Assembly (NCBI GenBank): GCA_977017645.1
Contig: OZ360238.1
Span: 1,488,001 to 1,552,000, forward strand
Direction of reading: 5' to 3'
DNA from: Torpedo marmorata
Taxonomy: Eukaryota
DNA length: 64,000 bases
Under the pieces are notes generated by a model. It searched no databases. It worked only from the letters and a program-made list of their open reading frames with translations, and was not told the DNA's origin. Shown here piece after piece: positions 49,069-63,051 of this stretch (position 1 is its first letter; each line of letters starts with the position of its first letter). The position numbers were made by a program, and so were the translations under genes.

Positions 49069-49550
49069 TCTAACTTCCTGATCTTTGGCATAGCCATGGA
49101 CAAGGATAGAAGCAAAGTATTAAATTGGGGAAGAGCTAATTATGATGGCACTGGGCAGAGCGTTAACTGAGAGCAGATGTTCTCAGGGAAAGGCACAACA
49201 AAATATGAAGGTTGTTTAGGGACCACTTGTGGAGGGTTCTGGATAGGTTTGTTCCACTGAGAGAAAGAATGGTAGGATAAAGGAACCATTGCTTTACAAG
49301 AGAGGTGGATGAAGAGGATGAAGGAAGCAGACCTAAGGTTTATGAAGCAAAAATCAGACAGGGCTCTTGAGAATTATAAGATAGCCAGGAAGGAACTTAT
49401 AAAGGACGTAGAAGCTCTACAAGGGGACATGAGAAGATCATGGTAAATAGAATTAAGTAAAGCCCCAAGGCATTTCATATGCACAGGAGGATGACGAGAG
49501 TGAAGGGCAGACCACTCAGGGATAAAGGAGGAAATGTGCCTGGAGGCAGA

Positions 49551-50262
49551 AAAGAGAAACACGAAAGTCTGCAAACGCTGTGATTGTAATAAAAACACAC
49601 AGAAATGCTGGAGGAACTTAGCTGGTCTCGCAGCGTTCAAAGGAGGTTAAGATATATTACCAACGTTTTGGGCCTGAGCCCTACTTCAAGGTATAAGCAA
49701 AAAACAGGAAGGCATCTAAATAATGACTGAAGAAAGGCAGGGGGAGGAGTCCAGACCAACAATCAAAAGGTTTTAATTGGATATGATGAGAGGAAAAGTG
49801 AGAATTGATTTTGGATCTGTGAAAGGAGACAGAGGGAAAAGGGAAGAGAGAGAGAGAGCTGGGGGAAAGGCGACAGGGAGAAGAAGAAGGGGGTGTTTAA
49901 CGGAAACCGGAGAAGTTGATGTTGATGCTATCTGGTTGGAACGTGCCCAGACGGAACATGAGGTGCAGTTACTCCAATTTGCAGGTGGTCTCAGTCTGGC
50001 AGTGCATGAGACCACGGACAGACATGTCAACAAGGGAATGGGACGGGGAATTGAAATGGGTGGCCACTGGGAGATCCACGCTATTGCGACGACAGAGCTG
50101 AGGGGCTCATCAAAGTGATCTCCCAGTCTGCGTCCATTCTCTCCGATGTAGAGAAGACCACAACGGGAGCACCGGATGCAGTAGATGACCCCTACAGATT
50201 CACAATTGAAATGTTGCTTCACTTGGAAGGACTGTTTGGGGCCCTGAATGGTGGTGAGGGAG
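49551..50262 (-). mobile_element. Penelope-like element 3' fragment with GIY-YIG endonuclease
   Basis: FNCESVGVIYCIRCSRCGLLYIGENGRRLGDHF (ORF 49773-50222). Confidence 0.85.
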
Positions 50263-50799
50263 GAATACAGAGAAGTGGCAGATGGAGTTCAATCTGGAAA
50301 AGTATGAAGTGATGCACTTTGGAAGGGGGAAGTGCAAGGTTTATGGCAGGATTCTTAATAGTGTGGAGAACAGGGGATCTTGGGGTCTGAGCCCATAGAT
50401 CCCTCAAAGTTGCCGAGCAAGTTGATAGGGTGGTGGTCTGCTGGCCTTCATTAGTCAGGGATTGAGTTCAAGAGCCACAAGGTAATGTATAAAACTTTGG
50501 TTATGCCACACCTCAGAGTATCATGTTCCATTCTGGTGGCCTCGTTATAGGAAGCATTTGGAAACTTTGGAGAGGGTGCAGAGGAGGTTTATCAGGATGC
50601 TACCTGGATTAGAGAATGTGTCTCATGAAGAAAGGTTGAGTAAATGGGTTTTGCTCTTTGGAGCAACAGAGGATGAGAGGCGACTTAATAGAGGTGTATA
50701 AGACTATGAAAGACAAAGAGAGTGTGGACACCCAGCACCTTTATTCCAGGGCGGCAATGGCCAATGCCAGAGGACGTCTGTTTAAGGTGAGTGGAAGAT

Positions 50800-51375
50800 A
50801 GTTGATAATGAGTTTATTGTCATACACCTTGTAGAACGTGCATATGTCTGAAATTCTTCATAGCTGCAGCCAAACAGGTACTTGTAAAGAAAAAACCTAT
50901 AATAGTAAACTAATTTAATTAAATTAAAATAGACAATAAATAGATAAGATAGATAATAAATGTTCACAGTAATCCAAGTGCAAAAAAGTGACTTGCAATA
51001 GTGCAGACAGTCCATGATTATTGTACCAAGAGGAGTTTCAAGAGTCTTATAGCTGTTGGCTTCTGTATCTTCTGCCTGAAGGGAGCAGTGAGGAGGTTGT
51101 GACCAGGGTGGTGGGGTCCTTTGTGATGCTGACTGCCTTCTTGAGGCAGTGCCTCACATAGATGAATGCAATAGATGGGAAGATGGAGCCTGTGATGGAC
51201 CTGGGTATGTTTGTTACCTTCTGCAGCCTTCTGTGTTCCTGGGCCAAACCAGGCTGTATGATTTCTACAGTACACCTGTAGAAGTTTGATAAGAGTGTCC
51301 TACAAAATACCAAATTCCTTCAGACTCCTTTAAAGTAGAGATGCTGGTGTGCCTTCTTCATGGTTGCTTCGATGT
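50800..51375 (-). mobile_element. Rex1/Babar 3' fragment
   Basis: LSNFYRCTVE...CLKKAVSITKDP; CAATAAA tail at ~50815. Confidence 0.8.
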
Positions 51376-52039
51376 GATGTTAGTAGAGATGTCAGAGGTA
51401 AATTTTTACACAAACACATTGTCTGAGGTGGTGGTGGAGGCTAGTACAATAGAACATTTAAAAGACTCTTAGATAGGCACATGAGTGTAATAAAAATGGA
51501 GGGTTGTACGCTGTGAGGGAGCAAAGGGTTAGATAGATCATGGAGTAGGTTTATATAGGTTGACACATCATGGGTTGAAGGGCTTGTACTGTGCTGAACT
51601 GTTCTATGTTCTACATCCTGGTGTGGTGATCATTGGATATAAACATGATCAATTACATTTCTGATTGGTAAGTAAAAAGCTCATGATGGACATCATCATT
51701 GAACATGTCAATGCAATCTTATGCAAGTATAATATTTTTTTTTGTGCATTTAACCACTTGGCTGTCTACAATCCCTAAGTAGATGACATAGAACATAAAT
51801 TTCGTGGTATAATGGAAAGAAAAAGTCATCTGTCATTTTAAAGCTGCCTGTGTGTCATTCAGAGTGCTTAAGTTGTTAAATGAGTACTACATAAATGAGT
51901 GACAGGAATCTACAGCATTTGCTATATTGTGTAAATTGCGTAAATGTAAACGTTTCCTCCAAAAATTAGTGACTCTTTGTGGTTTTATAAAGTTGCCTGG
52001 AAAATGATTTCTATTAAGCAGTATTTTCTATTTTATATT

Positions 52040-53705
52040 CTATTCAGTATTTACAAAGGAAAGGAATATTGAGCCAGGTGAAGTAATGAAATCTGGCAGT
52101 GAGGTCATGGATAATATAAAGATTAATGAGGAGGTAGTATTAGCTATTTTAAAGAGTATAAAGGTGGATAAATCTCCAGGTCCTGACAGGATATTCCCGA
52201 GGTCCCTGAGGGAGGTTAGTGTACAAATAGTGGGGGCTCTGACAGAAATATTTAAAATGTCACTGGCCACGGGGGAGGTGCTGGAGGATTGGAGGGTAGC
52301 TCATGTTGTCCCGCTGTTTAAGAAGGGCTCCAAAAGTAAACCTGGAAATTATAGGCCTGTGAGTCTGACATCGGTGGTGGGTAAATTAATGGAGAGTGTT
52401 CTTAGAGATGGTGTATACAGTTATTTGGAAAGACAAGCATTGATTAGGAGTAGTCAACACGGTTTTGTTTGTGGTAGATCATGTTTAACAAATCTCATAG
52501 AGTTTTTCGATGAGGTTACCAAGAAGGTTGACGAGGGGAAGGCTTTGGTAAGGACTTTAGTAAGGCATTTGACAAGGTTCTGCATAAGAGGCTAGTTAGG
52601 AAGGTTCAAGCATTAGGTATTAACGACGAAGTAGTGAAATGGATTCAACAATGGTTGGAGAGGAGATGCCAGAGAGTAGTGGTGGAAAATTGTTTGTCAA
52701 ATTGGAGGCCGGTGACTAGTGGAGTGCCTCAGGGATCGGTACTGGGTTCATTGTTGTTTGTCATATATATTAATGATCTAGATGATAGGGTGGTAAATTG
52801 GATTAGTAAGTATGCAGATGATTTGAAGATTGGTGGTGTTGTGGACAGTGAAGAGGGATATCAGAGCTTGCAGGGGGATATAGGACAGTTAGAAGAGTGG
52901 GCGGAAACATGGCAGATGGAGTTTAATACTGATAAATGTGAGGTGCTACATTTTGGTAGGATTAATCAGCAAAGGTCATACATGTTAAATGGAAGACAAT
53001 TGAGAAGTGCAGTAGAACAGAGGGATTTAGGAATTCTGGTACATAATTCCCTGAAAGTTGAGTCACACGTAGATAGGGTGGTGAAGAAAGCATTTGGTAT
53101 GTTGGCCTTCATAAATCAGAGTATTGAATATAGGAGTTGGGATGTCATGTTGAAGTTGTATAAGGCATTGGTGAGGCCAAATTTGGAATATTGTGCGCAG
53201 TTTTGGTCGCCGAATTATAGGAAGGATATAAACAGAATAGAGAGAGTGCAGAGGAGATTTACAAGAATGTTGCCTGGGTTTCTGGGTTTTGAGTTACAGG
53301 GAAAGGTTGAACAGGCTGGGACTTTATTCCCTGGAGCGTAGAAGGTTGAGGGGTGATTTGATAGAGGTATTTAAAATTATGAAGGGGACAGATAGAGTCA
53401 ATGTGGACAGGCTTTTTCCATTGAGAGTGGGGAAGATTCAAACAAGAGGGCACGGATTGAGATTGAAGGGGGAAAAGTTTAGAGGAAATATGAGGGGGAA
53501 TTTCTTCACTGAGAGGGTGGTAGGAGTGTGGAACGAGCTTCCGGCCGAAGTGGTAGATGCAGGTTCAATTGTAATGTTTAAGGAAAAGTTGGATAGGTAT
53601 ATAGACGAGAGAGGTGTGGAGGGTTATAGGCCGGGTGCGGGTCAGTGGGACTAGGTGGGAGAAGGTGTTATATGTTTTATATATATATATATATATGTTA
53701 TATGT
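52040..53705 (+). mobile_element. Young CR1, 5'-truncated (RT), frameshifted
   Basis: KSPGPD, NYRPVSLTS, KYADD; near-identical to 47793-49068; TA-rich tail. Confidence 0.92.
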
Positions 53706-54349
53706 AAGCAGCACGGTTCCAGGTTACTCAACTTCAGAAGCAACATTTTTGTTCAATTACACACTTCTATGTTTGTGTGCTTGAAACTGTACAAGTTTGC
53801 ATCTTTTGAACAATTGGATGTAAAATTTAACTTATCTAAAGCTCATTTTTTTAGATATTTACAAATTGGACATTTTGTTCAATAACAGATTCCTGATTTT
53901 CCTGGGACTCCTGAGGCGAATATTCTTGATACATTTTTTGAACTACATCCTCCCTATAAAGGCTTAATATCTCTTATTTATGACAAATTGGCTGATCTAA
54001 GACAAGCCCTGTTAATTAAAATCAAGAATGCCTGGGAACAGGATTTGAACCTTTCACTGTCCAATGAGGTTTGGAACTCTATTTTTAAACTGATTAACAC
54101 TACATCCCTTTGTGCTCAGCATTTTGCTGCAATTTAAAGTGGTTCACAGAGCACATATGTCTAAAGTTAAATTGTCTCATTTTTATTCGGACATAAATCC
54201 CCGATGTGATAAATGTAAAACAGGTGAGGGGGGTCACGTGATGCGGAGCAGCTAGAAGAACGTGGATTCTTGGGCTCTCCATTTAAAGTTGATTTAAAAC
54301 GAGTTAAACTACCCAGTTTGTGGATTTAAAGCCAAAAAGCGAAAATATA

Positions 54350-55093
54350 ATGGGAAAGAAAAATAAGTCCCAACTTTTGGCAGCAGGAGGATCTCCCAAA
54401 TCAACGGATTAGTCAACTGAAATTCCACACGGGAGCAGCGAAGTGGAAGCCTCTGCAATGGCGCTGGCAAAGAAGAAGGTGAGTGGGGAGTCGACACACA
54501 CATCGCCAGATACAGCGGAGGTTGTTGGAGTGGAAAGAGTGGAAGCTTGGCTTAAGGCGGTGCTGGATGGAATCAAAGAGCCTAAAGGCTCGATGGCGGT
54601 TCTGACCTCCCATGTGGAGAAGGTTCAACAGGCAACGGAGATGATGCAAGACAGGCCAGGAAGCCAGGAAAACAACAGAGAGTAAAGGGAGATCCTCGAA
54701 AAACTGGATCATATGGAGAACTTTAGCAGAAGGAATGATGTAAGGATAATTGGACTAAAAGAAGGGGTAGAGGGAAAAGACCTGGTGGGGCTCTTCGAAA
54801 GATGGAAAGAGAGATTTTAAAAACCTTTGATGGTGGAGAGAGCCCACCGGACCCTCGGCCCCCAGAGGGCACCAGATCAGCGACCGCGACCGGTTCTGTA
54901 TCTGAGTGCGGCCTTGGTGAAGCGTCGGAAGGAGTACAATGCGGTGAAGAGGCAACTGAGAACAAGGAACATCTTGTACGCAATGCTCTACCCCGTGACG
55001 CTGAGGCTGGAGTCGCCGGAGGGCGTGAGGAAGTTCTTCAATACACCCCGGGAGGTGGAAGATTTTGTCCTAGGTCTCAAGGGGGGATCTTAA
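54350..55093 (+). pseudogene. L1 ORF1 (Transposase_22-like), deleted and frameshifted
   Basis: KLDHMENFSRRNDVRIIGLKEGVEG; VERAHR; YAMLYPVTLRL. Confidence 0.8.
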
Positions 55094-56281
55094 GATCGGG
55101 TCTGGATGAGAAGAAGCAAAGATTGAAAATATCCAAGGAAGCACAATGAGAAGTTGGGTAAAGGGGATAGTGATGTTTAAGTTTTGTAAAAGGGATGTTG
55201 AGTTGAGTTATAATATATTATGTTGCAGGAATGTTGGGTTTATTTCTACTCGTTTTCATTTTAAGAGAACATTATAAAGATATAAGGGGAGCCCGGGAGT
55301 GGGTAGGGAGTTATGGTTGGGTGGGCACGAAGTGTACCCCGGTTTAAGGGGGTTGATGGCGCAAGGGGAGGAGTCGTTTTGCAAGATGGCGCTGGAAAAA
55401 AGGGGAGGGAGTTTCTTTTTGCTTCGCAATCTTTTTTCGCGGGCTTTTTGGGTTTTCTGTTTACGTCACCGTCAGTGCAGGGAAAACATACGGGATATAT
55501 TGTAATGGAGAACACATTATGTACGAAGAAATGTACGAAGGGGTTATGAAAACAATATATTACAGTGTGAATATTATAATGAATAAGACTATAACATTTA
55601 TTAGTTTTAATGTTAACGGATTAAATGGACCCATAAAAAGGAAAAGAGTTTTGGCACACCTTAAAAAATTGCAGGTGGTTATAGTTTTTTTACAGGAAAC
55701 TCATCTTACGAATAAAGAACATAACAAATTGAAGAGGGAATGGGTGGGACAGGTGGTCGCATCTTCTTTCAATTCCAAGGCTAGGGGGGTGGCTATTTTA
55801 ATAAATAAAAATGTTCCGGTGACAGTGGAGGATGCGGTTATTGACTCAGCTGGGAGATTTGTGATGATACATTGTCCAATTTATTCGGAACCCTGGACAC
55901 TTCTGAACCTCTACGCACCAAATTTTGATGATGAGACTTTTATGAAAGATATATTTCTGAAAGTGGCAGGGTGAATGTGAATCTGTTAATTGGAGGGGAT
56001 TTTAACTTTTGTCTGGATCCCATTCTGGATAAGTCTGTAAAGACAGTAACGAAGGCCAGGGATGCTAAAACCACTCTGGCTTTTATGAAAGATTTAAACT
56101 TAATAGACGCATAGCGATGGTTGCACCCACAAGCTAGAGATTACTCCTTTTATTCTAAGCCCCATGATTCCTATACTAGAATTGACTACTTCTTAATGTC
56201 GGCACAGTTGGAAAGCAGAGTGATCGAATTGGAATATCTATCTAGACTATTATCAGATCATGCACCTTTGATTTTATCCAT

Positions 56282-56635
56282 ATGAAGGGGACAGATAGAG
56301 TCAATGTGGACAGGCTTTTTCCATTGAGAGTGGGGGAGATTCAAACAAGAGGGCATGGATTGAGATTGAAGGGGGAAAAGTTTAGAGGAATCATGAGGGG
56401 GAATTTCTTCACTCAGAGGGTGGTAGGAGGGTGGAACGAGCTTCCGGCCGAAGTGGTAGATGCAGGTTCAATTTTAATGTTTAAGGAAAAGTTGGATAGG
56501 TATATGGACGAGAGAGGTGTGCAGGGTTATGGGCCGGGTGCGGGTCAGAGGGACTAGGTGGGAGATGGTGTTCAGCATGGACTAGAAGGGCCGAACTGGC
56601 CTGTTTCTGTGCTGTAAATGTTATATGGTTATATA
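56282..56635 (+). mobile_element. Young CR1 3' end inserted in L1 ORF2
   Basis: Near-identical to 53379-53670; (TTATATGG)n tail. Confidence 0.9.
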
Positions 56636-58425
56636 GTAATGACAGAAAAACAGAGTAGCGCATATAGATGGTGCCTTAATTCTACGCTGTTGAAAAGGAC
56701 AGATTTTTGTAATTTTATAAGGGGTCAGATAAATTTGTTTTGTGAAACAAATTGCCCCTCTACTAATAATAGTTTTTTTAATATGGGATACTTTGAAGGC
56801 TTATTTGAGGGGGCAAATAATTTTGTACACTAAAAATGTTAAGAAAAAATATTTGGCGGAAGTAAACGATTTAGAACGAGAAATTCTAGAGTTGGAAAAG
56901 GAATATCAACAATCTGGCTCAAAGGAAAAATATCAAATTCTGGTAAACAAGAAACTTAAATATAACACTTTACAAACGTATCAAGTGGAGAAAGCTATTT
57001 TGAGATCTAAGCAAAAATAATATGAACTAGGCGAAAGGGTCCATAAGGTCTTGTCTTGGCAATTGAAGGCAGAAGAGACATCGAGCACAATTAACGCGAT
57101 TCAGTTGGGACCAGACAAGATATCACATAACCCAAAAGAGATAAATGATATTTTCAAGCAGTTCTATGCAGAACTATATAAATCAGAGTCACCCAAAGAT
57201 TTAACTAAGATAGACGATTTTTTGTTCAACATTGATCTGCCCAGATTGGACCAAGACGATCAGACGAAATTAAACTCCCCTTTCTCCAGAGAGGAGATCG
57301 AAGAAGCCTTGAGTTCATTACAAGCTAATAAATCATCGGGGGAGGATGGTTTCCTGCCCGAGTTCTACAGAGAATTTAAAGAACTTCTGATGCCCCTTAT
57401 TATGGATGTAGTTAATCGGGCAGCAGAAACACAGACTCTCCCGGAATCCTTTTCAACAGCTATTATTACGGTTATACCCAAGAAAAATAGAGATCCATTA
57501 AAGCCGTCTTCATATAGACCTATTTCATTGCTAAATGCTGATTATAAGATAATAGCTAAGGCATTAGCTAATAGATTAGGTCATTATTTACCAAGTCGGC
57601 TTTGTGAAGAGGAGATGCTCTGCTAACAACTTGGGTAGATTATTTAGTGTAATACATTTGGCACAATCCAAAATAGACCCGAGCATAGCCGTGTTTTTAG
57701 ACGCAGAAAAAGCCTTTGATAGGCTGGAATTACCTTTTTTATTTAAAGTACTTGAAAAGTTCGGACTGAGACAATCATTTGTCCAATGGGTAAAAACACT
57801 TTACTATAAACCTCGGGCTAAAATTATAATGAATGGTCAGATATCGTAGACATTCTCACTGAGTAGATCTAGTAGGCAGGGTTGTCCACTGTCTCCAGGA
57901 CTCTTTGTATTAGCAATTGAACCTTTAGCGGAAGTTATCAGGAGGGATCCAGAAATAAAGGGATTCAAGGTGGATCAGGTGGATCACAAGATTAACTTGT
58001 TTGCAGATGATGTATTGTTATATCTAACAGGCCCGGCTGAGTCGTTGACCAAATTGCGGACTACACTGGAGGATTACGGTATGATTTCAGGATATAAAAT
58101 AAATTTAGACAAAAGTGAAATCATGCCACTGACAAAATTTGATTATAAGAAATATCAACAGGGGAGTAGCTTTAGATGACAACCAGAAGGTATCAAGTAT
58201 CTCGGGATAATGACTGATAATAATCTACAGAATTTCTATAAACTCAATTACCTCCCGGTGCTTGGAAAGATTGATGACGATTTACTTAGATGGAGAAGCC
58301 TGCCCATCACATTAGTGGGCAGAGTTAATTGTATCAAAATGGCAGTGATGCCAAAATTGTAATACCTTTTTCAATCTTTACCTATCCCTTTGCCACAAAC
58401 TTTTTTCAAAACACTCAATGGATAT

Positions 58426-59322
58426 TGTTACAAATTCAAACCAGCAACGACAGAAGACGCAATGCAAAAGGGGTAAAATTGAAATTATTATTTATTAAAC
58501 ACAAGTAAACATATAATTTCACAACAATTAACCCCACTATAAACGTCTATAAACTCTATTCTTATCTAAAAGGTGTATGTGTGTGTGTGTAAAGCCCAGA
58601 CCATTACAGTCTGTGCCCAACCCTTATGTAAAAATGGAAAAACTTTCCCCAAAAACCCCAGGTCAGTCATAAAAAACAAGTCAGTCAAAAAAAAGGATAA
58701 TACAGTCGACAAAATCCACTCTCTAAGTTCAGGCTTCAACTTTTTCTCTGTGTCTGGTAGAAGTACTTCTGAATGAACGTTGGAGAGAGACAATGACTGT
58801 TTATGCTTACAAATACTTGTTTTCTTCTCTGATGACGTCCCCTTCTTGTAGGTTCATAAGGATTGCAAGTTCCAGATCAGTATACCACTGATTTAGGCGT
58901 ATGCTTGAATCTCACAGCTAGTCTCGCTGATCTCACGCCTGTTCTCCACAGAAGTTGCTTTTTCTCAGAATTTCTCTGAGACAGGAGGCCATGTGCTATT
59001 CTGTCAGTCTTTCTCTGACTTTGCACACACCTGGATTTGGCTGTGTCTTGTAGCCTTGCAACTCACAACTGTGTCTGCTTTGCAGAGATCTGCCCCTGCT
59101 TTTTGCAGAAGTGAAACAAATGTATCTTGTCTAGCCTGTCTCTCTCTCTCTGGTCTCTCTCTGTCTGGATACACCAAGAGTGCAACAATGTATCTTGTCT
59201 GGGTACACCAAGTAGCTGGGGAAGTTAACTCTTTCAGTACCTGGCCCTAGTGTATACTCCAAAAGACTTCATCCTTCCTGCTGACCGTCCGCAGTTCAAA
59301 TGGTCAGTCATGGTCCATAACA
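58426..59322 (-). mobile_element. Solo LTR family Y inserted in L1 ORF2
   Basis: TGTTA...TAACA termini and ATAT TSD; removing it restores the L1 frame NGY|VRQFIW. Confidence 0.9.
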
Positions 59323-61806
59323 ATATGTAAGACAGTTCATCTGGAATGGTACCGTTTCCAGAGTCTCCATGGAAAAGCTGACGTGGGATTATAAATTGGG
59401 GGGTTTACGATTACCAGATTTTAAGAAGTATTACTTAGCAGCCCAGTCGAGGTTTCTCTCATCCTTTTTTGAGGAGGGTGATATCTTTCCATGGGTCCAA
59501 ATTGGACTAAATACTAAAAGGGAGAAAATAGCTAAGGACTTTATTTACAAATGGAATACTAGTTAATATCAAAAAGAACGAACAACCCCATTCTGAAACA
59601 TATGATTAAAATTTGGCAAGAAACCAAAGAGTGTATTGGAGGAAAAGTTGGAATATCCCCCAAAACACCTCTGTTTCAAAATGAACTTATGCCCATGAAT
59701 TTGGGTAATAAAATATTGAACGTTTGGTATCAGAAGGGGATTCGGTATATTGAAGATTGTTATGATAATGGACAGCTTATGTCCTTTGAACAACTTAAAG
59801 ATAAATATGATTTGTCTAATAGAACCTTTCACTGTTTTCTCCAATTAAGATCCTTCCTGCGAGAAAGGTGGGGTCCTACATTGACTCCACCTACAAGCAA
59901 CGAGGTAGAACAGTTACTTCAACTGGGAAATGCACCCAAATTTATATCCAGAATATACTTTGTGCTCCAAGGCGAAAGCCCTAAGCCGGGTATACATAGA
60001 TCGAGGGAGAGGTGGGAGTCGGACCTGGGTACGACAATTCAGGAACGTTGCTGGTCAAATTGGTGTAGGAATAGTATGACGATGGTTATTAATGCTAGAT
60101 ACAGGTTGGTCCAGTATAATTTCTTGCACCAACTATATCTCACACCACAAAAGTTACACAAATCAAAATCCGAAATATCGGAAATGTGTTTCAGATGTGG
60201 TGGATAAATTGGAACTTTCCTGCACTCCACTTGGTCCTGTGCAAAGGTACGATCTTTTGGTATGATATATCTAATACACTAACCAGAATTATGGGAGTAG
60301 CCGTTCCACTGGACCCGGAGTTGTATCTCTTAGGAAATCTAATGGACATAAGCTACAAATTATCTAAATTCCAAATTCAATTTGTGCTAGTTGCTTTGTC
60401 CGTAGCAAAAAAATGCATAGTAGTCACTTGGAAGTCCGACTCCCCCCTTCTAATCACTCGATGGTCAGCAGAAATGCGCAGTTGTATTCCTATGGAGAAA
60501 ATCACATATAATCTTAGGAATAAATATGATACATTTGTTAAGGTGTGGCAACCATACCTAGAGTATATTGGTGTCCAGTTATAATTTAAACCCTAAAGTA
60601 CAGTACAATGTAATGTATAAATACTTAATGGTGTGACGTCTCCAAGGAGGTTGAAAAATCAATGTAAGCACTGACGGTACGTTTAGTTTTTTATTTTATT
60701 TTTCCTTTTCTTCTGTGTTTTTTTTTTAATGTTTTTTCTTTTCAGTTGGGGGAGGGAGGGAGAGTTTAATAATAATGTGTATAATTGGAAATTGTATATT
60801 TTTTGTTTATATTATGAACTTTTTTTTGAAAATTAAAAATAAAATATTTTTTTTTAAAATTTAAAAATGTAAAACAGGTGATGCTTCCTTAATTCATATG
60901 TTCTGGACCTGCCCTAGCTTAGAAAAATTTTGGAAGGAAGTTTTTCAAACATTATCGGCGATTCTAAATTTAAAATTGGAACCTAGCCCTTTAATTGCTC
61001 TTTTTGGAACATTCTGAGAATATGATGTGTTACTAACTTCAATTTAATGCCACATTTTATCTTTTACTTCGTTGATGGCCAGACGTGCAATTTTGATTAA
61101 GTGGAAAGATAATACTCCACCTACACATACACAATGGCTAAGGGACATTGTCTTGTTTCAATTTAGAAAAAATTAGATATGCAATCAATGATTCAAATAT
61201 TAAATTCTTGGACTGCTACCACAACCTTAAGATTTAATGTTAATCTGGAATCTTGGCGTTGTGTTATCCCTCTCTAAGGTTGTGCCACTTGGATTTATGA
61301 ATGTTAATCTTCAACCTTGTTTAGGGGAAGGGGTTTTGAAATGTATTTATTTTTTCTTTTGTTATGTTCTATTTTATTATCTTGAGTGTGCTTTGGAACT
61401 TGTACTTATGATCATTATTGTAACTTTTTTTCTGATCTTGTAGCACACTGTATAATTGTATTGTTCAACTTTTTATTGTAAAATATCAATAAAAATATTT
61501 TAAAAAGAAACTGTACATGTTTGTGATGAGAGTCCACATTGTATTTGTGTGCCTGTTATAGTTTTGTATATTTTGTGTTAGTACATATCCCAGCCAGGCA
61601 TGATATGTGTACACCCTTAGGGCCTGAGCATTGGATTTCCCAGAAAGAGATCCACAAGTGAGATTGGCAGTTAAAAACAATAGGAACCAAATGTATTCAT
61701 GCATGTGAAATTTCACTTTCATGTTCTTGTTCTTCACTTCCATTTCACAAACTGCTTATGATGCTGAACACGCTCTCCATTCGGTATTTTCTTTGATCAA
61801 TGATAT

Positions 61807-62669
61807 TGTTACAAATTCAAACCAGCAACGACAGAAGACGCGATGCAAATGGGGTAAAATTGAAATTTATATTTATTAAAGACAATTAAACATATAATTT
61901 CACAACAATTAACCCCACTATAAACGTCTATAAACACTATTCTTATCTAAAGAGTGTGTGTGTAAAGCCCAGACCATTACTGTCTGTGCCCAACCCTCAT
62001 GTAAAAATGGAAAACCTTCCCCAAAACCCCCAGGTCAGTCATAAAAATAAGTTAGTCCCAAAAATACAGTCCACAAAAATTCACTCTCTATGATCAGGGT
62101 CCAAATTCAGCTCTGTGTGCTGGCAAGAAGGACTTCTTAATGAATGTTGGAGAGAGAGACAATGACTGTTTAAGCTTACGAATGCTTGGCCTGCTTTTCT
62201 TCTCTGATGACTTTCTCTTTTGGGAGATTCACGAGGATTGCGACTCCAAATCAGTATACCACTGATTGAGGCGTGTACTTGGATCTCGCAGCCGGGCTCG
62301 CTGATCTCACGCCTGTTCTTCACAAAAGTTGTTTTAATTCAGGATTTTGCTGAGACAGGAGGCCATGTGCTATTCTCCCAGCCTTTTCCCCTGGGATGCA
62401 CAAGCCTGGATTTTGCTGTGTTCTCCAGCCTTTGTAACTCCAAACTGCTGAACCTCAATGCTTTTTGCAGAGGTTTGCACCTGCTTTTGCAAAAGTGCAA
62501 CAAAGTATCTCTCCACAGTCTGTCTCTCTCTGGTGTCTCTCTCTCTCTGAGTACAAGAAGTCCTGGGCAAGTTAACTCTTTCAGTACCAGGTCCCAGTGA
62601 GTACTCCAAAAGACTTCATCCTTCCTGCTGACCGTCCGCAGTCCAAATGGTCAGTCATGGTCCATAACA
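61807..62669 (-). mobile_element. Solo LTR family Y
   Basis: TGTTA...TAACA termini; ATAT TSD (61803-61806 and 62670-62673). Confidence 0.9.
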
Positions 62670-63051
62670 ATATTTAGGAGTGATTGCATGGTAGTAATCT
62701 TATAAAGTGTGTTCAGGTCAAGTCATAATCTTTGAGAGTGCTTTATTGAGTAGTTTGTAGATTTCATCTAATGCCCAACTGAAACAGCAGCCATGAAATT
62801 GTTCATGTTACTGGACATGATTTAACAACTGTTACTCCAGACAAAGTTAACTTTGGTTTAAGTTGCTTGAGTTGCTGATGATAGTTTCCAATAGTTAGAT
62901 GTATATTTGTTTCCTTGGAGAATTATTTCCCAAAAGCAAGATTAAATGAAATTTTCATATCCAATTAATTCTGTTGATAAATGTTTCCTTTTCAAATATT
63001 TTGGTTACTGCAACAAGGTAATTCACCAAGGTTTCTAAATTGCATCGACAT

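Larger units (their letters stand above)
46985..51612 (+). mobile_element. Old, deleted CR1 LINE hosting three nested insertions
   Basis: ORF1 end, CIYCNAGSI EN start, GEHFGDNDHN|FLIF split at ~47795/49070, RT C-terminus 50265-50795, tail TTCTATGTTCTA at ~51600. Confidence 0.7.
55579..60584 (+). pseudogene. L1 ORF2 (EN-RT-zinc finger), many stops, two nested insertions
   Basis: SFNVNGL, FLQETHL, GGDFN, SDH, YRPISLLNADYK, LDAEKAFD, LFADD, CFRC. Confidence 0.9.
54228..60864 (+). mobile_element. Full-length L1-clade LINE, decayed
   Basis: 17-bp TSD AAATGTAAAACAGGTGA (54211-54227 and 60865-60881); 5' GGGGGGTCACGTGATG; ORF1, ORF2, A-rich tail. Confidence 0.93.
53790..61510 (+). mobile_element. 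Older L1 3' fragment (pieces 53790-54227 and 60865-61510) split by a full-length L1
   Basis: FASFEQL...FFRYLQI; CDKCKTG|DASLIHMFWTC zinc finger continuous across the insertion; AATAAA and A tail at ~61490. Confidence 0.85.
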
